A DNA stretch of 64,000 nt from assembly GCF_024521635.1 (NCBI RefSeq), contig NW_026250409.1, positions 248,001 through 312,000 on the forward strand, read 5' to 3'. The DNA is from Tricharina praecox. Lineage: Eukaryota. The translations under genes and the position numbers were made by a program. The notes below the pieces were generated by a model. The model had not been told where the DNA came from. It saw only the letters and a program-made list of their open reading frames with translations, and searched no databases. Below, in pieces: positions 1 to 12,102 of this stretch. Each line of letters begins with the position of its first letter. The first letter of the stretch is position 1.

Positions 1-1044
1 TCTTCCCCAAGCTTCAGCTTCGCAATCTCCTCCTCCGGGGCACCGTCCTTCTTCTCCGCCGTTTCCTCACCTTCCTCCTCCACGTCTTCAAACTCGCTCT
101 CATACTCCTCCTCCTCTTGTGCCTCGAGACTCTCTCTTGCCAGGACAGCCGAGAAGAACCGGAAGCTGACACCCTCACTCTCAAAGTAGTCCGCCCAAGC
201 CGTCCTCTGCTCAACCGTCATCATATCCGCCTTATTCACCAGCAGCAAATTCCGCTTTTTGGGGTCCACCTCCTGCACGTACTTCTCAAGATCGACACAG
301 CGGAACAGCAGGGGATTTCTGGCATCGACGATCTGCACGACGAGATCGGAGCGCTCGATGACACGCCACAGCTGGCGCCACACCTCGAGATTCCGCTCGA
401 ACGGGGTCATGAGCATATCAAAGTTCTCCTGGAGCTCGGCGAGGCCGCGTCGCCACGACAGAAACGACTCGCGCTCCATCTGGTCCAGCTCCTGCGGTGT
501 GGTCTGCGCACTCCATTTTGGTCGTCGAGGGACCGTCAGCTGCTGTGAGTGCTGCGCGTGCTTGCGGTGCGTCTTGCGCTCTTGGTCCGGCGTGAGCAGG
601 TACGGGTTGTATTGGTCTTTGTGCACTACTTGTACGTTGCTCATCTTCTCCGCTGTAAAGTCGGTATCGGCCATTTCGGCGGTCGCCAGAAACTCTGTAG
701 TATTGTTGTCAGCACTCGAGCGCTGTCTGGAGCAGTGAGGGAGGTCAAACCGTCAAGGTCATTCTGCTCGGTGATACTGCGGATCTTGACCCAATCCGCC
801 TCTTTTCTTTCCGGTCCAAACGACTGTAGATAGCGAGAAACGAGTCAGAAACTGGGCAATCTCTCTTCTCGACAAAGCGCAGGGAATACCATACCATCTC
901 CACAGGTCCCTTGTGTCCGCCGCGCCCGCGACCACCTCCTCCGCGGCCGCCACCACCGCCACGGGTTACCCTCGTTCCTCCACCTCGCGAGTTCATCAGG
1001 GCCCGGCCAAGGCCGACTCTGTTCTTGCTATCGGCAAGCACCAT
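1..1044 (-). CDS. LSG1: Large-subunit GTPase 1 (60S export), 5' part; runs off the window start
   Basis: ATG 1044 MVLADSKNRVGLGRALM; introns 824-894 and 695-750; spliced WVKIRSITEQNDLDEFLATAEMADTDFTAEK and FERNLEVWRQLWRVIERSDLVVQIVDARNPLLFRC, typical of Lsg1. Confidence 0.93.
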
Positions 1045-1481
1045 GATTGACTATCTGTCTGTGCTGGGTATTCGGTTTTCCGGACAAAGATACGTTCTGT
1101 TGCTATTGTAAATAAAGCTGGGGTTGAGTTGGGGATCGGTGGTGGGACGTAATATATGTGGGGTCAAGTCGCAGTTTACTTCTTCTCCTCCATGCTAGAG
1201 TGGCGGGGTGGAGTGAGTCGAGTTGAGTTGTGTGTGACGACCACACCGCCGAAACTTTTCTTTTCTACCCTTTTTCTTTTTGCCCCGCTATTTGATTACC
1301 ATAACCATAACCAACCCCACCAACACCACAACCACAACCACCCTTCAACTGAACTGAGCATTCTCTTTTGTCAGCAACTTCTCTCTCTCAGGACAGGATA
1401 GAACGGCAATTCGCGAGATCGCCCCCCAGACAGACAGTACAGTACACAGGAACGGGACAAACAAACAACCAACCACACAAC

Positions 1482-2987
1482 ATGGCGCCTCCTACCGCCA
1501 CCACGAAAAAGTGGATGTAAGCTCTTCGCACTCCTTCCCCGTACCGTAGCCACAGGCTTACTGACACAATGCCACAGCGACAAGAAAAACGCGAGCACCT
1601 TCCAAGTGCGCTACCGCTCACAAGAAGACCCATTGATCCACGACGACACCGCGACGCCCTTCGTTCTGCACGAGGTCGATGCGCCGAACGCGAACAAGGG
1701 CTCTAGCGGCGCCAGCGGCTCCTCCTCCAGCAAAGTCAAGAGCGCATACGACCTCGCGGCGGAGCTCGGCATCGATGCTTCCACGGTGCGCGCGAACGAG
1801 GGCGAGGCGGCGATGCACGGCATCTACTACGACGACACGACGTACGACTACATGCAGCACATGCGGGACATTGGGGGGAGTGCGGGGGAGGCGATCTTTA
1901 TCGACGCGGCGCAGGCGGGGAGTAAGCAGCGCAAGGACAAGAAGAAGCATAACAAGCAGTCGCTCGACCAGGCGATCATGATGGAGGTCGAGCCGAAGAG
2001 CAAGGTCGTGCTCATCCCGAAGGAACTCCTGCCCAGTGAGAACCTCGTCAAGCGCACCTATCAGGATATGCAGGATATTCCGGACGCGATTGCGGGGTTT
2101 CAGCCGGATATGGATCCAAGGCTCAGGGAGGTCCTAGAGGCTCTAGAGGATGAGGCCTATGTTGACGACGATGAGGATATCTTTGCGCAGCTGGCTGAGG
2201 GCGGCGAGGCCGATGAGGAGGACTTTCTGGATCAGGACTTTGAGGACGAGGACGACGACGGCTGGCAGAGCGACACCACCGAGAAAGCCGTTGTCCTGCC
2301 GTCCACCGCTCTCTCCACAGCCACAGCCACAGCCACCACTGCCGAAGCCGCCGCGGCCACTGCGGAGCCACCTGTCGAGGGCGAGCCAGCCGCCGAAGGC
2401 AACGCAGACTGGATGCGCGAGTTCTCCAAATATAAGAAAGCGCAGAAGAAGGAGAAAGGGACGAAGGCCGACGACGACGCGGCATCCTCTCTCGCGGACA
2501 CGATGAGCTTCGGCGGGTCCTCAGCGATGACAGCCGGCACCGTCTCGGTATCCGGCCGTCGCCGCCGCCGCCGCGAAAAGAAGAATGGCGGGGCTAAGAC
2601 CGCCACGTCCGGGTACTCCATGAGCAGCTCGGCACTGTTCCGCACTGAGGGGCTCACGCTGCTCGATGACCGCTTCGATCGGGTTTGCCCCCCTCCCCCT
2701 CCCCCCTTCTCCTTTTCTCCAGTAACTAACTCCCTTGCCCCCTGTAGATTGAGGAGGAATACAACAACGACGCCTCAGACTCAGGCTCGGACGCGGAAGA
2801 GCGCAGGAATGGACCCGTCCCCGAGACGCGCAGGGACTTTGACGCGATCATGGATGAGTTCCTGGGAGGGTATACCATGACGGGCGCACGCCCGAAGACT
2901 CATCGTATTAGACGCGGGAAGTATCAGACTGGATTGGATCAGCTGGATGAGATTCGGAGGGATTTGGCGACGGCGAGACTTTCTTAG
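1482..2987 (+). CDS. LTV1: Low-temperature viability protein / pre-40S export factor
   Basis: ATG 1482; introns 1517-1577 and 2683-2747; KKWIDKKNASTFQVRYRSQEDPLIHD, GIYYDDTTYDYMQHMR, GFQPDMDPRLREVLEALEDEAY, SMSSSALFRTEGLTLLDDRFD; TAG at 2985-2987. Confidence 0.92.
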
Positions 2988-3400
2988 AGGGTATGCGGGA
3001 CGGAACTGCGGGGTTTGGTACTGGTGATATATAAAGGGGTTTGGAGTTGGGGTTGCGGATTGAGATTCGGATTCGGATTGGGACTTGTTTTTAAAACGGG
3101 AAAAGTTTGGGCTTGGGTTTGGTTTTTTGTCTCTTAGAGAGGAAAGGCGAAATAGATGTCGTGCGAGTGATTGTCAACACATCACATCACGGGCTTGCAC
3201 CCATTCATCAGAGATTTCTTCATACAAGACATCCCACCGCCCACTCCGAGCCACCACCTCCTCACAAATCCTCACCCACAGACACAGACATTCACATTCA
3301 CAGTGAGAGTGAGACAAAGCTGGGTCCTCAGCATCTCTCAAAGCTCGGCAATTGGTTACCTGTGTATGTAACCCGAGCGACCGCCGATGAAGCAGCTCAC

Positions 3401-3439
3401 TCCGCCCAATCATTCCGCCCAATCATTCCGCCCAATCAC
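3401..3439 (+). repeat. 13-bp tandem repeat x3 (TCCGCCCAATCAT)
   Basis: Directly visible; each unit contains CCAAT. Confidence 0.9.
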
Positions 3440-3841
3440 GGAGACATATTTTACTGGAGTACCAAGTAGTTCATCCCACATATGTAGTTTCATACAATTT
3501 ACAAGATTCGGACGATTCACAGCCAGCCTGTATCTCATCGTGGAACACGCGGCAGGATTGGGTATGTGTAGGTATTATTTCATCAAGGTGAATCTATTAC
3601 TATAGGTAGGTAAGCAGGTGTGTGTGCGTGTGTGGACCGCATGTGTTGTCCCTCCAGGATTCGTTCCTTCATCCTAACCATCAACCACTACCAACCAACC
3701 ACTTCTCCCAACCTCACGCAAGCAAGAGGCAAGCAAGAAACGTATGTATGTAAAAGCACTTTTTTAATTCCCCCAGACCCCAAAAAGCAACCCCGAAACG
3801 CCAGCGACAGAACGGAATGAGCGAGCGAGCGAGCATATGAA

Positions 3842-5057
3842 TCATTTAGCAGGCCCATGCTTAGCAACGAGCTTATTCCGCTGAGCCTTAAGGTTCCTAT
3901 AGAACTCCTTCTTTCCGCTCTTCTTTGATTTCTGTATATCGTCGAACTTGCGCTTGAAGCGCAAGCGGCTTGCGGAGTCGGCCATGACCTCTTCGAGGAT
4001 AGTCTTCTTTCTGTCGCGGCGGTTGATGCGCGCGTTGTAGAACTCCGCGTTGCCTTCGATCACGGTGCCAACCTGGGAGTACTCGGGGATCCCCGAGGAG
4101 TCCTTTTTGTAGTGCCGGTGTGGGTCGAGCACGTTGCGGTGCTTGATCAGCGTGAAGTCACGCTTGAACGAGTCCGTGAGGACCGTCCGCGGCATGTCGT
4201 ACCACGCTGTTCCGGCGGTTGGCGGGGGCTCCTATATGAGAAGAACACGTGATGTCAGCGCTCTGTTGGAAACTTTTCTTCCCCAAGTGTGATGACGATG
4301 TGGATGATGGGTAGGGGCCTCAGAGTAACTATGAAATAGATAAAACTTCACGTTGTCGGTATGGACAGCCAAGACGGCGTCCTGTTCCGTCAGGTTCTTT
4401 GGGATAAGATATCCTCATAGGCCAGGGATGTGGATGGTGGGGTAAGTGGGGTGGGGTGGGAGGTAAAAGCGCATGCGCAGGTTAGAGCGCACCTTGGATG
4501 GTTTTTTGTTTGCAGTCACAGTGGCGGCTGGTCGTGTGCTGTTTGCCAGCTTTTGGTCGTCCTTGGACACCAGCATCATCCGGTCCGTGATATGCGAAAC
4601 AGAGCCGTAGGAACTGATGGGAAGTTTCGGTAGTGACGCACCAGGGTCTAGTTTAGGTAGTCTGCAGAACAAGCATTAGCACTGCCAATCCTGACGCTTG
4701 CAATATTTTTTTCCATCCAACTGCCCGAAAATAAAAGGCTGGCACAGGCAGGATGATGACAGAGAAAAAAAAACAAGGGGGACGGTAGTGAACACACCTG
4801 ATGGATGTAAGACTGTGATCGGTGTTTGTCTTTTGCAGTGCTGATGAGGCCCCGCCAGTATCATTTCTCATCCGCTGCTCTGCCTCGCGCAACAGCCGCG
4901 CAATGGTTTCGTCGGACAGCTCATCGTCGTCGTCCTCATCGTCGATGCGTGTGAGTGTGGAGAGGGCAGTTCCCGGATGTGGGCCGGTAGAAGAGATAGG
5001 GATGACCACGTCAAAGTGATTGTTGTTTCGGAGGGTGGGGAGTGTGGCTGCAGACAT
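3842..5057 (-). CDS. FCF2: Fcf2 pre-rRNA processing protein
   Basis: ATG 5057; introns 4662-4797 and 4232-4492; C-terminal TAGTAWYDMPRTVLTDSFKRDFTLIKHRNVLDPHRHYKKD...YSQVGTVIEGNAEFYNARINRRDRKKTILEEVM is the Fcf2 domain. Confidence 0.88.
4316..4423 (-). ncRNA. Intronic box C/D snoRNA, snR63/SNORD46(U46)-like; predicted to guide 2'-O-methylation of the 25S A equivalent to yeast Am2256
   Basis: Box C-like ATGAGGA (4418-4412), D' CTGA (4393-4390), C'-like GTGAAGT, box D CTGA (4323-4320), terminal GGCC/GGCC stem; 11-nt guide TCATAGTTACT abuts box D and is complementary to LSU rRNA AGUAACUAUGA. Confidence 0.85.
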
Positions 5058-8000
5058 ATTGGGAAGAGGAGCGAGACGGACGGTCTGAAGAGCGATGAGA
5101 GAAAAAAAAAGTCAGGTACCAAAAGGAAGCCAAGGGCTAGCCCTTGCTGATAGTTACCCGGGAAATGAGACTGGTAGCAAATGTTTAGTAATCGGCCATC
5201 CTGTGTAACATGGATCAGCATGGCAGAGCACCCACTCCGGAGTCTAGAGCAAATCAACGTGAAGGGCCCAGCAGGCGTCCATGGGCCAACCACCAACAAA
5301 ACACCGATCATGGGCTTCCGGCCTCGTATGGGGGGAGGCAAGGACCGGGGAATCAGCAAATTCAGGTACGTAAGGAACCCGCACCACAGCTGTTAGGCTG
5401 GCAGGCACACACCATTGCAAACTGGCGAGCATCTGTGACCATGATGACGGCTGACAGCTGTTTGTTTGTTTCATCGATATTATGCGCATCGCCCGTATCC
5501 CGGCACGAGCGAATCGAACAGTCATTTTCCGTCACTCGTCGGGCTGCGTATCCTGCAGGGGCTGTTTGCCAACGAATGGATGTTGCACGGCAGTATCAAT
5601 CCCGCCCCTGCGCTTATTCGATATCGCGAGAGATGGCTTTTATGAGACAATGTTGCTCCTCCATGTAACGTCCCGCGCCTGGCCTGGAGGCAGGCTTTGG
5701 TTCGCCGGCCGCTCTGCTGTCCATGCTCGAGCGAGCAGGTACCACCTATCGCGGACATATGGACTCCTCATATAAGCAGGAAGATAGCAAATCGGTCCGT
5801 GCTGTTCAGTACCGCCCAGTACTGCGGTCCAATGAGTTGGAGGTTGTAGGGTTACGGCGGTGCAAACCCGACGCACGGCCGTTTGTTTGCCGCTACTGGG
5901 GGGAGGTGGGGAGGAGCGGAGGAGGGACGGGGAGCTTGAGCGAGCAAGAGACTGGCGGGGCGGGGGCGAGCGAGCGAGCTCTGGCGCAGCAGCGTCCTCG
6001 CCACGATACGGACGCCATGAAGCAAGCCGGAAATCTCTGACATCGATGCAATCGGCTCGTTACCGCCTCCATGTCCGCATGTCCTCCTCCGCTACACTCG
6101 ATACATCATGGAGTGGCCGCCGACGCTGCCTACCTGCTTCATCTAAGTACCCACAGCACGGGTTCGTGATGTGATGTGTTGTGCTGTTGGTGACTTCGCT
6201 GTGCGTAAGCTTGGCAATGGGTTAATGCAGGCGAAAGCGAAGGCCGAACCGGTTGCAGAGTCGGGGAGCGAAGTGGTAGTGTATGGAGCGAAGATCTCCG
6301 AGCATGGGCAGAGTAAAATAGAGTGCACCATGGCGAGCCTACAGGAAGAGCCAGAGAGCAATGGGGCCTTGGTGGTAATATCCGAGAGAGAGAGAAGCGG
6401 GTCTCAAATGAAAGTTCTCAGAGAGGGAGAGCAACGGTGAGCAGCACGCAGGGCCGTAGCGGGTTTGTTTGGATGGTTCCTGATATCATACCGGAAGTTA
6501 TCTTCTATGTAATCATTGCGGAGAGTCGTTGTTTCCATCTACGGGAGAGCGTGAGCAGAATAGTATCATACATATCATAGAGAGCACTTGACCAGCATAA
6601 CTACTAGTACCAAGCACGAAGCTTTTCTGCCGTCATTGTGGAGAATGATGGTGCTCACGTTGCGGTTGTCGCTACCACCTGGATATATTTTCTGTCGAGA
6701 GCAGATACTCTATGGAGATAAGTGATAGGTTAGGTACTTGTTAGGTACTCTGCTCCACGGCGTTGTAGGTTAGGTAGACACTCTACTCTACTCTACCATA
6801 CTGTGCCCCACGACGTGATGGATGCGAGCCTGCACTCGAGTCTTCAGCCCCCGCGCTTTCGCTTTCGGGCTTGCACGTCCACAGCGTGACAACCACGACC
6901 CACGACCCACCCACCACGCTTTCTCCCGACAACCCTACCCAGCCTGCAGTCCAGTCCACTCTTTGCCCCCAGCCAATCACTGCGCTCCCGCCGAAACCAG
7001 CGAGTCCCAACCCTCTGCCGTCATCTTCCAATTCTGTTGGCCTAGGGCCCCTCCGTTTCTCGGTGGCCAGCACGAGAAAAAATTAAAGTGAACGTCGAGT
7101 AGATACGGTCACTGGACGGGCACCCGCCGGCAACTGTCAATCTGCCCACTCTCGTCAATCAGCTCAATCAGCTGGGGGAGAAGCAGAAGCAGACAATCAG
7201 GTCAGCCATCGCCGTCTCCGCTCGCTCGCTCGTTCGCTCGGAAAAGTAGAGCAGGAGACCCCGGGACCGCCGGACGGACCCGCACATACATCATACAGGA
7301 CCGCCCGCAGCTCGCTCGCTCCGTTGTGAACTCCAACTGCGTCGTCAACTGCTGTAGAGTGTTGCTCGCTCCTGCCCATCACCGCCATCATCACCACCTC
7401 CTCCACACCTCCACCTCCACCTCCACCTCCACCTCCACCGCCTCCATCATCATCATCACCATCACCCATTGACTTCCCCCTCCGCCTCACGCCGGTTTCC
7501 TCTGTCTGCTACACACCCGGCCTAGAGTCCCACTACTTCCTGCGCACCCTCTCCCTCGCACGCACACACACACATACATCCCCAGATCCTCACACGTACT
7601 ACGCATTCTTGACTACTGTACCCTACTCTGCACCCTACCGACCCAACCCCGCGTGCGCCAACCCTCCTCGACTCGCTCCTGTACACACAGACTCCGAGCA
7701 CAGAGCCTTCGCTGTCGGCGCTTTACACTCTGAGCAGGCGGGCCGAATCATAGCAATCTCTCTTCGCGCTGCAATCCATTCTATCATTTGCACTTGCATC
7801 TGTTTGGGCATCATCGCACTTTGGAGTGAATGAGTGAGTGAGTGAACGAGTGAGTGAACGAGTGAGTGAACGCAACCATGTTCAGCCCCAGCCACGAATG
7901 TAGAGTAACGTTGGACAATGGTTAGAAGTCAGCAAGACAACAAAACAGCAAGGTACCACCACTACAACCACCACCGCAACCACCACCACCAACAACAGCA

Positions 8001-8096
8001 CCACCACTACCACCGCCGTCAGCCAACGACAACACCGACAGAGACAGCGGTGAACACGACATCGAATCGAAACACGAGCCTTGTTCGTTTTTGAAT

Positions 8097-9328
8097 ATGG
8101 ACCCCAACTACCCGGGCGCAGGCGGCAGACACGACCCATCCCAACAGCAGCAGCAACAGCAGCAACAACAGCAACAGCAGTACGACATCTCCGTTATGGG
8201 ACATGTGAGTGGAATCTTGATTCTGTCCGCCTTGCGAGGTTCACTTCGATGTCCCTCTGCTAATCGCAAGGTCTGCCTTACAGTATGGAGCCAGCGCGGC
8301 GCTCGTAGCCAACTCGTCCGTCCCGCAATCCGATATATATAGTGGCGCGTTCGCAAATGTATGGGATTCAATCCAAACACCACCCGCACAAACACTCTTC
8401 TTCCATTGCAGTCTCTGACCATGGCTTCCCAGGTATCCCAAGGCTTGCACGGTCATTACCGCGACATCTTGACTGCGTACTGGCAGCAGACCATCAACAC
8501 CCTCGAGAATGAAGACCACGACTACAAGGTGCACCAGCTCCCGCTCGCTCGGATAAAGAAGGTCATGAAGGCGGATCCCGAAGTCAAGATGATATCCGCC
8601 GAGGCGCCGATACTGTTCGCAAAGGGTTGCGACATATTCATCACCGAATTGACGATGCGTGCCTGGATACATGCGGAGGAGAACAAGCGGCGGACACTGC
8701 AGCGCTCCGACATCGCGTCGGCCCTGACCAAGAGCGACATGTTCGATTTCCTAATCGATATCGTCCCGAGGGAAGACGCAGCTCCGAAACGGGCAAGCGG
8801 GGGTGCTCCGGGTTCCGGTGGTGGGCATCATCAACAGGCACCGCCGCCGCCGTCACACCCGCCACACCCACCGCAGCAACAGCCACCACAGCACCAGCAA
8901 TCGCAGCCGCCACAGCAGTCACAGCATGTTCACGGCCAATCACAGATGCCCTCGGGCTTGGAGTACCCTCACCCAGGCATGCCTGCAGAATCGGATCGGT
9001 ATGGACAGGGCAGCATGTATCCCGGCGGTGTGGCACCACCAGTCGGAAATTACGGAACACACATCTACCAGGAAGGGATGGAGGGGATCTATGGCTACCC
9101 ACCAATGCCACCGCACACGGTATATACCCCCGCAAGCCAGCTGTCCGGGATGTCTCAATAGCTAATTCTAGTCGCCTTCAGATGTACCAGATGCCAAATC
9201 AACGAGGCCACCTTCAAGACCCGCAAGGTGGACAAGGCAATGAACAGGGGGACGACGCTGACGCCGAGGGCGAGAGAGATTACGAGGTACCTCAAGGGCA
9301 GAATTCGGGTCTTGCAGTCGGACTCTAA
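8097..9328 (+). CDS. hapE: CCAAT-binding complex subunit HapE/Hap5 (NF-YC)
   Basis: ATG 8097 with polyQ; introns 8205-8283, 8359-8432, 9120-9181; histone-fold [62 protein letters not shown]. Confidence 0.95.
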
Positions 9329-10245
9329 CCCTTTCCCTAGGATTGAGTCGCCATTTGTTTGCACGTATACGCGGTCGTGTCATCTCGCGTCAGAACTTTT
9401 TCTTTTTCTGCTCTTTTTTCTCCGGTGTTGCGCCATTTCTGTTTCACCCCGACCGTTTTTGCTTGCGTTTTTTCTCGTTTCTTCTCGGAGCATGGGTTGA
9501 CGGGTTAGGCATCATGAGTGTTTTTCTTTTGGATTCAAGGGAAGAGATTTACGAGATCCATGGCTCCTCTTTGTCTTTTCTTTTTCTTTCTCGCGTTTAT
9601 CTACACGGGTTTCTGTCGTTTTCGGTTGGTCTTCGTGAATGGTGTTGGATATCGGATCAGGGTCGGGTTTTTATACAGAACATGTATGGCTTTGCTTGCT
9701 TCGTTTCGTTTCAAGGCAGGGAAACGGCGATTTTCCCGGATGAGAGTTAATCTTTTGGTGCATGTCTTTGTCATGTTTGGTGGTGGTGGTTGTGGTGGTT
9801 GTTTTGAGGGTTTTGGATGGGATGGTTTATACGACAGACGGACGGACGGACGACACCACGGTCAGTCAGTCTGGTAGCGATGGGTGGATGGATGGATGGA
9901 TGGGGGTATATAGTAAAGCAACGAAGACTATCCGCGTCACAGCAGTTCATGATGATTCCAAGTGACACTTGTGGTTCTCTCAAGCCTCGTCCAGCCCTAT
10001 GATCAAATGTATGTATCTTGTAGATACGTCACAAGGTTACACAAAATCGCCAAGCCACCGCCGCCCAAGCCGTCGTCGCTGGTCTGGCGCGGCGCGTCGA
10101 CTACGTTACGTACCAAGCGAGCAACACCACAACACCGACAACCGACCGACCGACCAAGCTTACCTTACCTTACCACGACTCCGACTACCACCACCACCAT
10201 CACCACCACCGTCCTCTCAAGCTACAACAATAAACAACCGCAAAC

Positions 10246-10702
10246 ATGAAGCCAATGTTCTCCGCGTACGCCCCCCCTCTCCCTCCCTCCCGCCCCTTTC
10301 CCGTCCCCAACCTCGGCCCCGGTGCGGGTGCGAACTCGACCTAGAAGCTAGCAGCTAACAACCCACTGTCTAGCGGAACGGCCTGGTGCTGCACCATAAT
10401 CAGCGTCTTTGCAATCCTGATCCTGAGCGTGATCGGGTTGCTATTCCGGAACAGGTATGCCCTCTTCTTCCCCCCGTCCCCCCGTCCCCCTCTCCCCTCT
10501 GCCCCCTTCTTCCCCTGACGATGTGTTAATGTGTGCTGGCGGTGGCAGGCATGAATCAATGATGGGCTCAATCAACGACCCGACGGACGGCAAGGCTGTT
10601 GCTGCGACCATCTTTGCGAGTGTCGTTGTGTACGCGGTTTTTCTCGTCTTCTGCGCAGGTCAGGCGTGGTTGCATTCGAGGAGGGGTGTTAGGTTGCAGT
10701 AG
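10246..10702 (+). CDS. V-ATPase Vo subunit f (RNASEK / yeast YPR170W-B-like)
   Basis: Three exons (introns 10266-10373, 10455-10548): MKPMFSAGTAWCCTIISVFAILILSVIGLLFRNRHESMMGSINDPTDGKAVAATIFASVVVYAVFLVFCAGQAWLHSRRGVRLQ; two TM helices with AWCCT and GSINDP motifs. Confidence 0.85.
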
Positions 10703-12102
10703 AGGAGGGGATACCATGGGGGATGCTACGAGGGGGAGAGGGGGGGAGGGGGAGGGTCGGTGCTGTCGATGTTTCGTGGTTCGGGTGTTTGCAATGATCG
10801 GTTCTACTATAGTACTGCTCGAAGTATGTACTGGTACTGGTACTTGTCCGCTACCGGTGTCGTCAGGAATCACATCACACACACAGAGAGAGAGGGAGAG
10901 AGGGAGAGAGGGAGAGAGGGAGAGAGGGAACATCAATTTATTGTCGCATGCGACCTTTACTACTCGTGGACTATGGCCACCACCAAGTCGGGAATCATAT
11001 CACAATCACGTCACAGGCTGTCATTCGTGTGAGAGAGATGGGCCGCGTGATAGTGTGTGAATATGGTGTGGTAAAACAAGTTCTACGTCGGTCGCCATGC
11101 GTCGTGGTGTAGGGAGTTTACTAGTAGTTTGGTGTGAATGATTCGAATGGAACGAAACTCTCCGGACTCGGGAGCGCTGGTATAAAGCGTTTTTGCTGCA
11201 CATCTATCGTGACTGCTTCAATAGTCTCGGTATGGATGCATGTACATTGTAGAGTACTTGGATCGCCACCGACTTGTTGTAGTAGGCTCACAATGCTGCT
11301 TCTATGTACTAGTACTTGTACTAGTAGATTGGTGGTGGCGGTGGTGGTGGTGGTGGTAGAATCAGGACCAGTGGGTTTTGCGGGACCAGTGGGTTTTGCG
11401 GGACCACTGGGCAGTGGGCAGTGGGCAGTGGGTTTCCCAGTGGTCAGGACGGCCAGGTGGGACTTCGGCCATACAGGTAAGCAGCAAGCTCGCGGCTGGA
11501 CCCGCTGCGACTAGCAGGCTACATCACAACGCGAGTTTCGCGGTGATAGTCAACTCCTTACATACTCGTCGTGGTGGATTACTGAAGCAGAGGTCAGAGG
11601 AATGTACATACTTATAGTGACATCTTTGCGAGGACGAGGGCGAGGGCGGGGGGATTCCGGGCTGGTCGGTCTGGGGCAGAAAGAACATCATATATGGAGG
11701 AACCAGTACCTACGAGCAGTCTATTCGATACCAACCGACTTAGCACGGCTGGAGTCTTTACCACGACCGTGAAGAATCCCAACTTCCCAGGTCTCCATCC
11801 CCCCGCTCTCGTTCGTTGCTGCGCGGACGACAATAGGTAAATGGTTACACACTCATGACATATCACTCGAAAAAACTGCGGGATACCGCGTGATACCGCA
11901 TGAACCGACCGCATGAACTAACTGAATGACCGCATGAACCGAATTCGCCATGCATTCACCATGCATGGATGATAGCGGTGCGCCCCAAACTCGGGCTCGG
12001 GCTCGTACGTATGATTGGCGATTGGCCGTGTGAACTGTGTGGTGTCCCCGCACTTACCTACTAAGTACTTACCTCCTACTCCACCTCGCACCCACGGCCG
12101 AA

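Noticed and set aside
5633..5668. Short ORF MAFMRQCCSSM ending in a CaaX-like CSSM; possible a-factor precursor
   Set aside because: Only 11 aa, non-aliphatic aa positions, no pheromone-like N-terminus, far from STE3. A by-eye scan found no other C-x-x-M-stop ORF, though it was not exhaustive for other X residues.
6143..6440. Overlapping short ORFs on both strands upstream of hapE
   Set aside because: No recognisable domain or supporting splice structure
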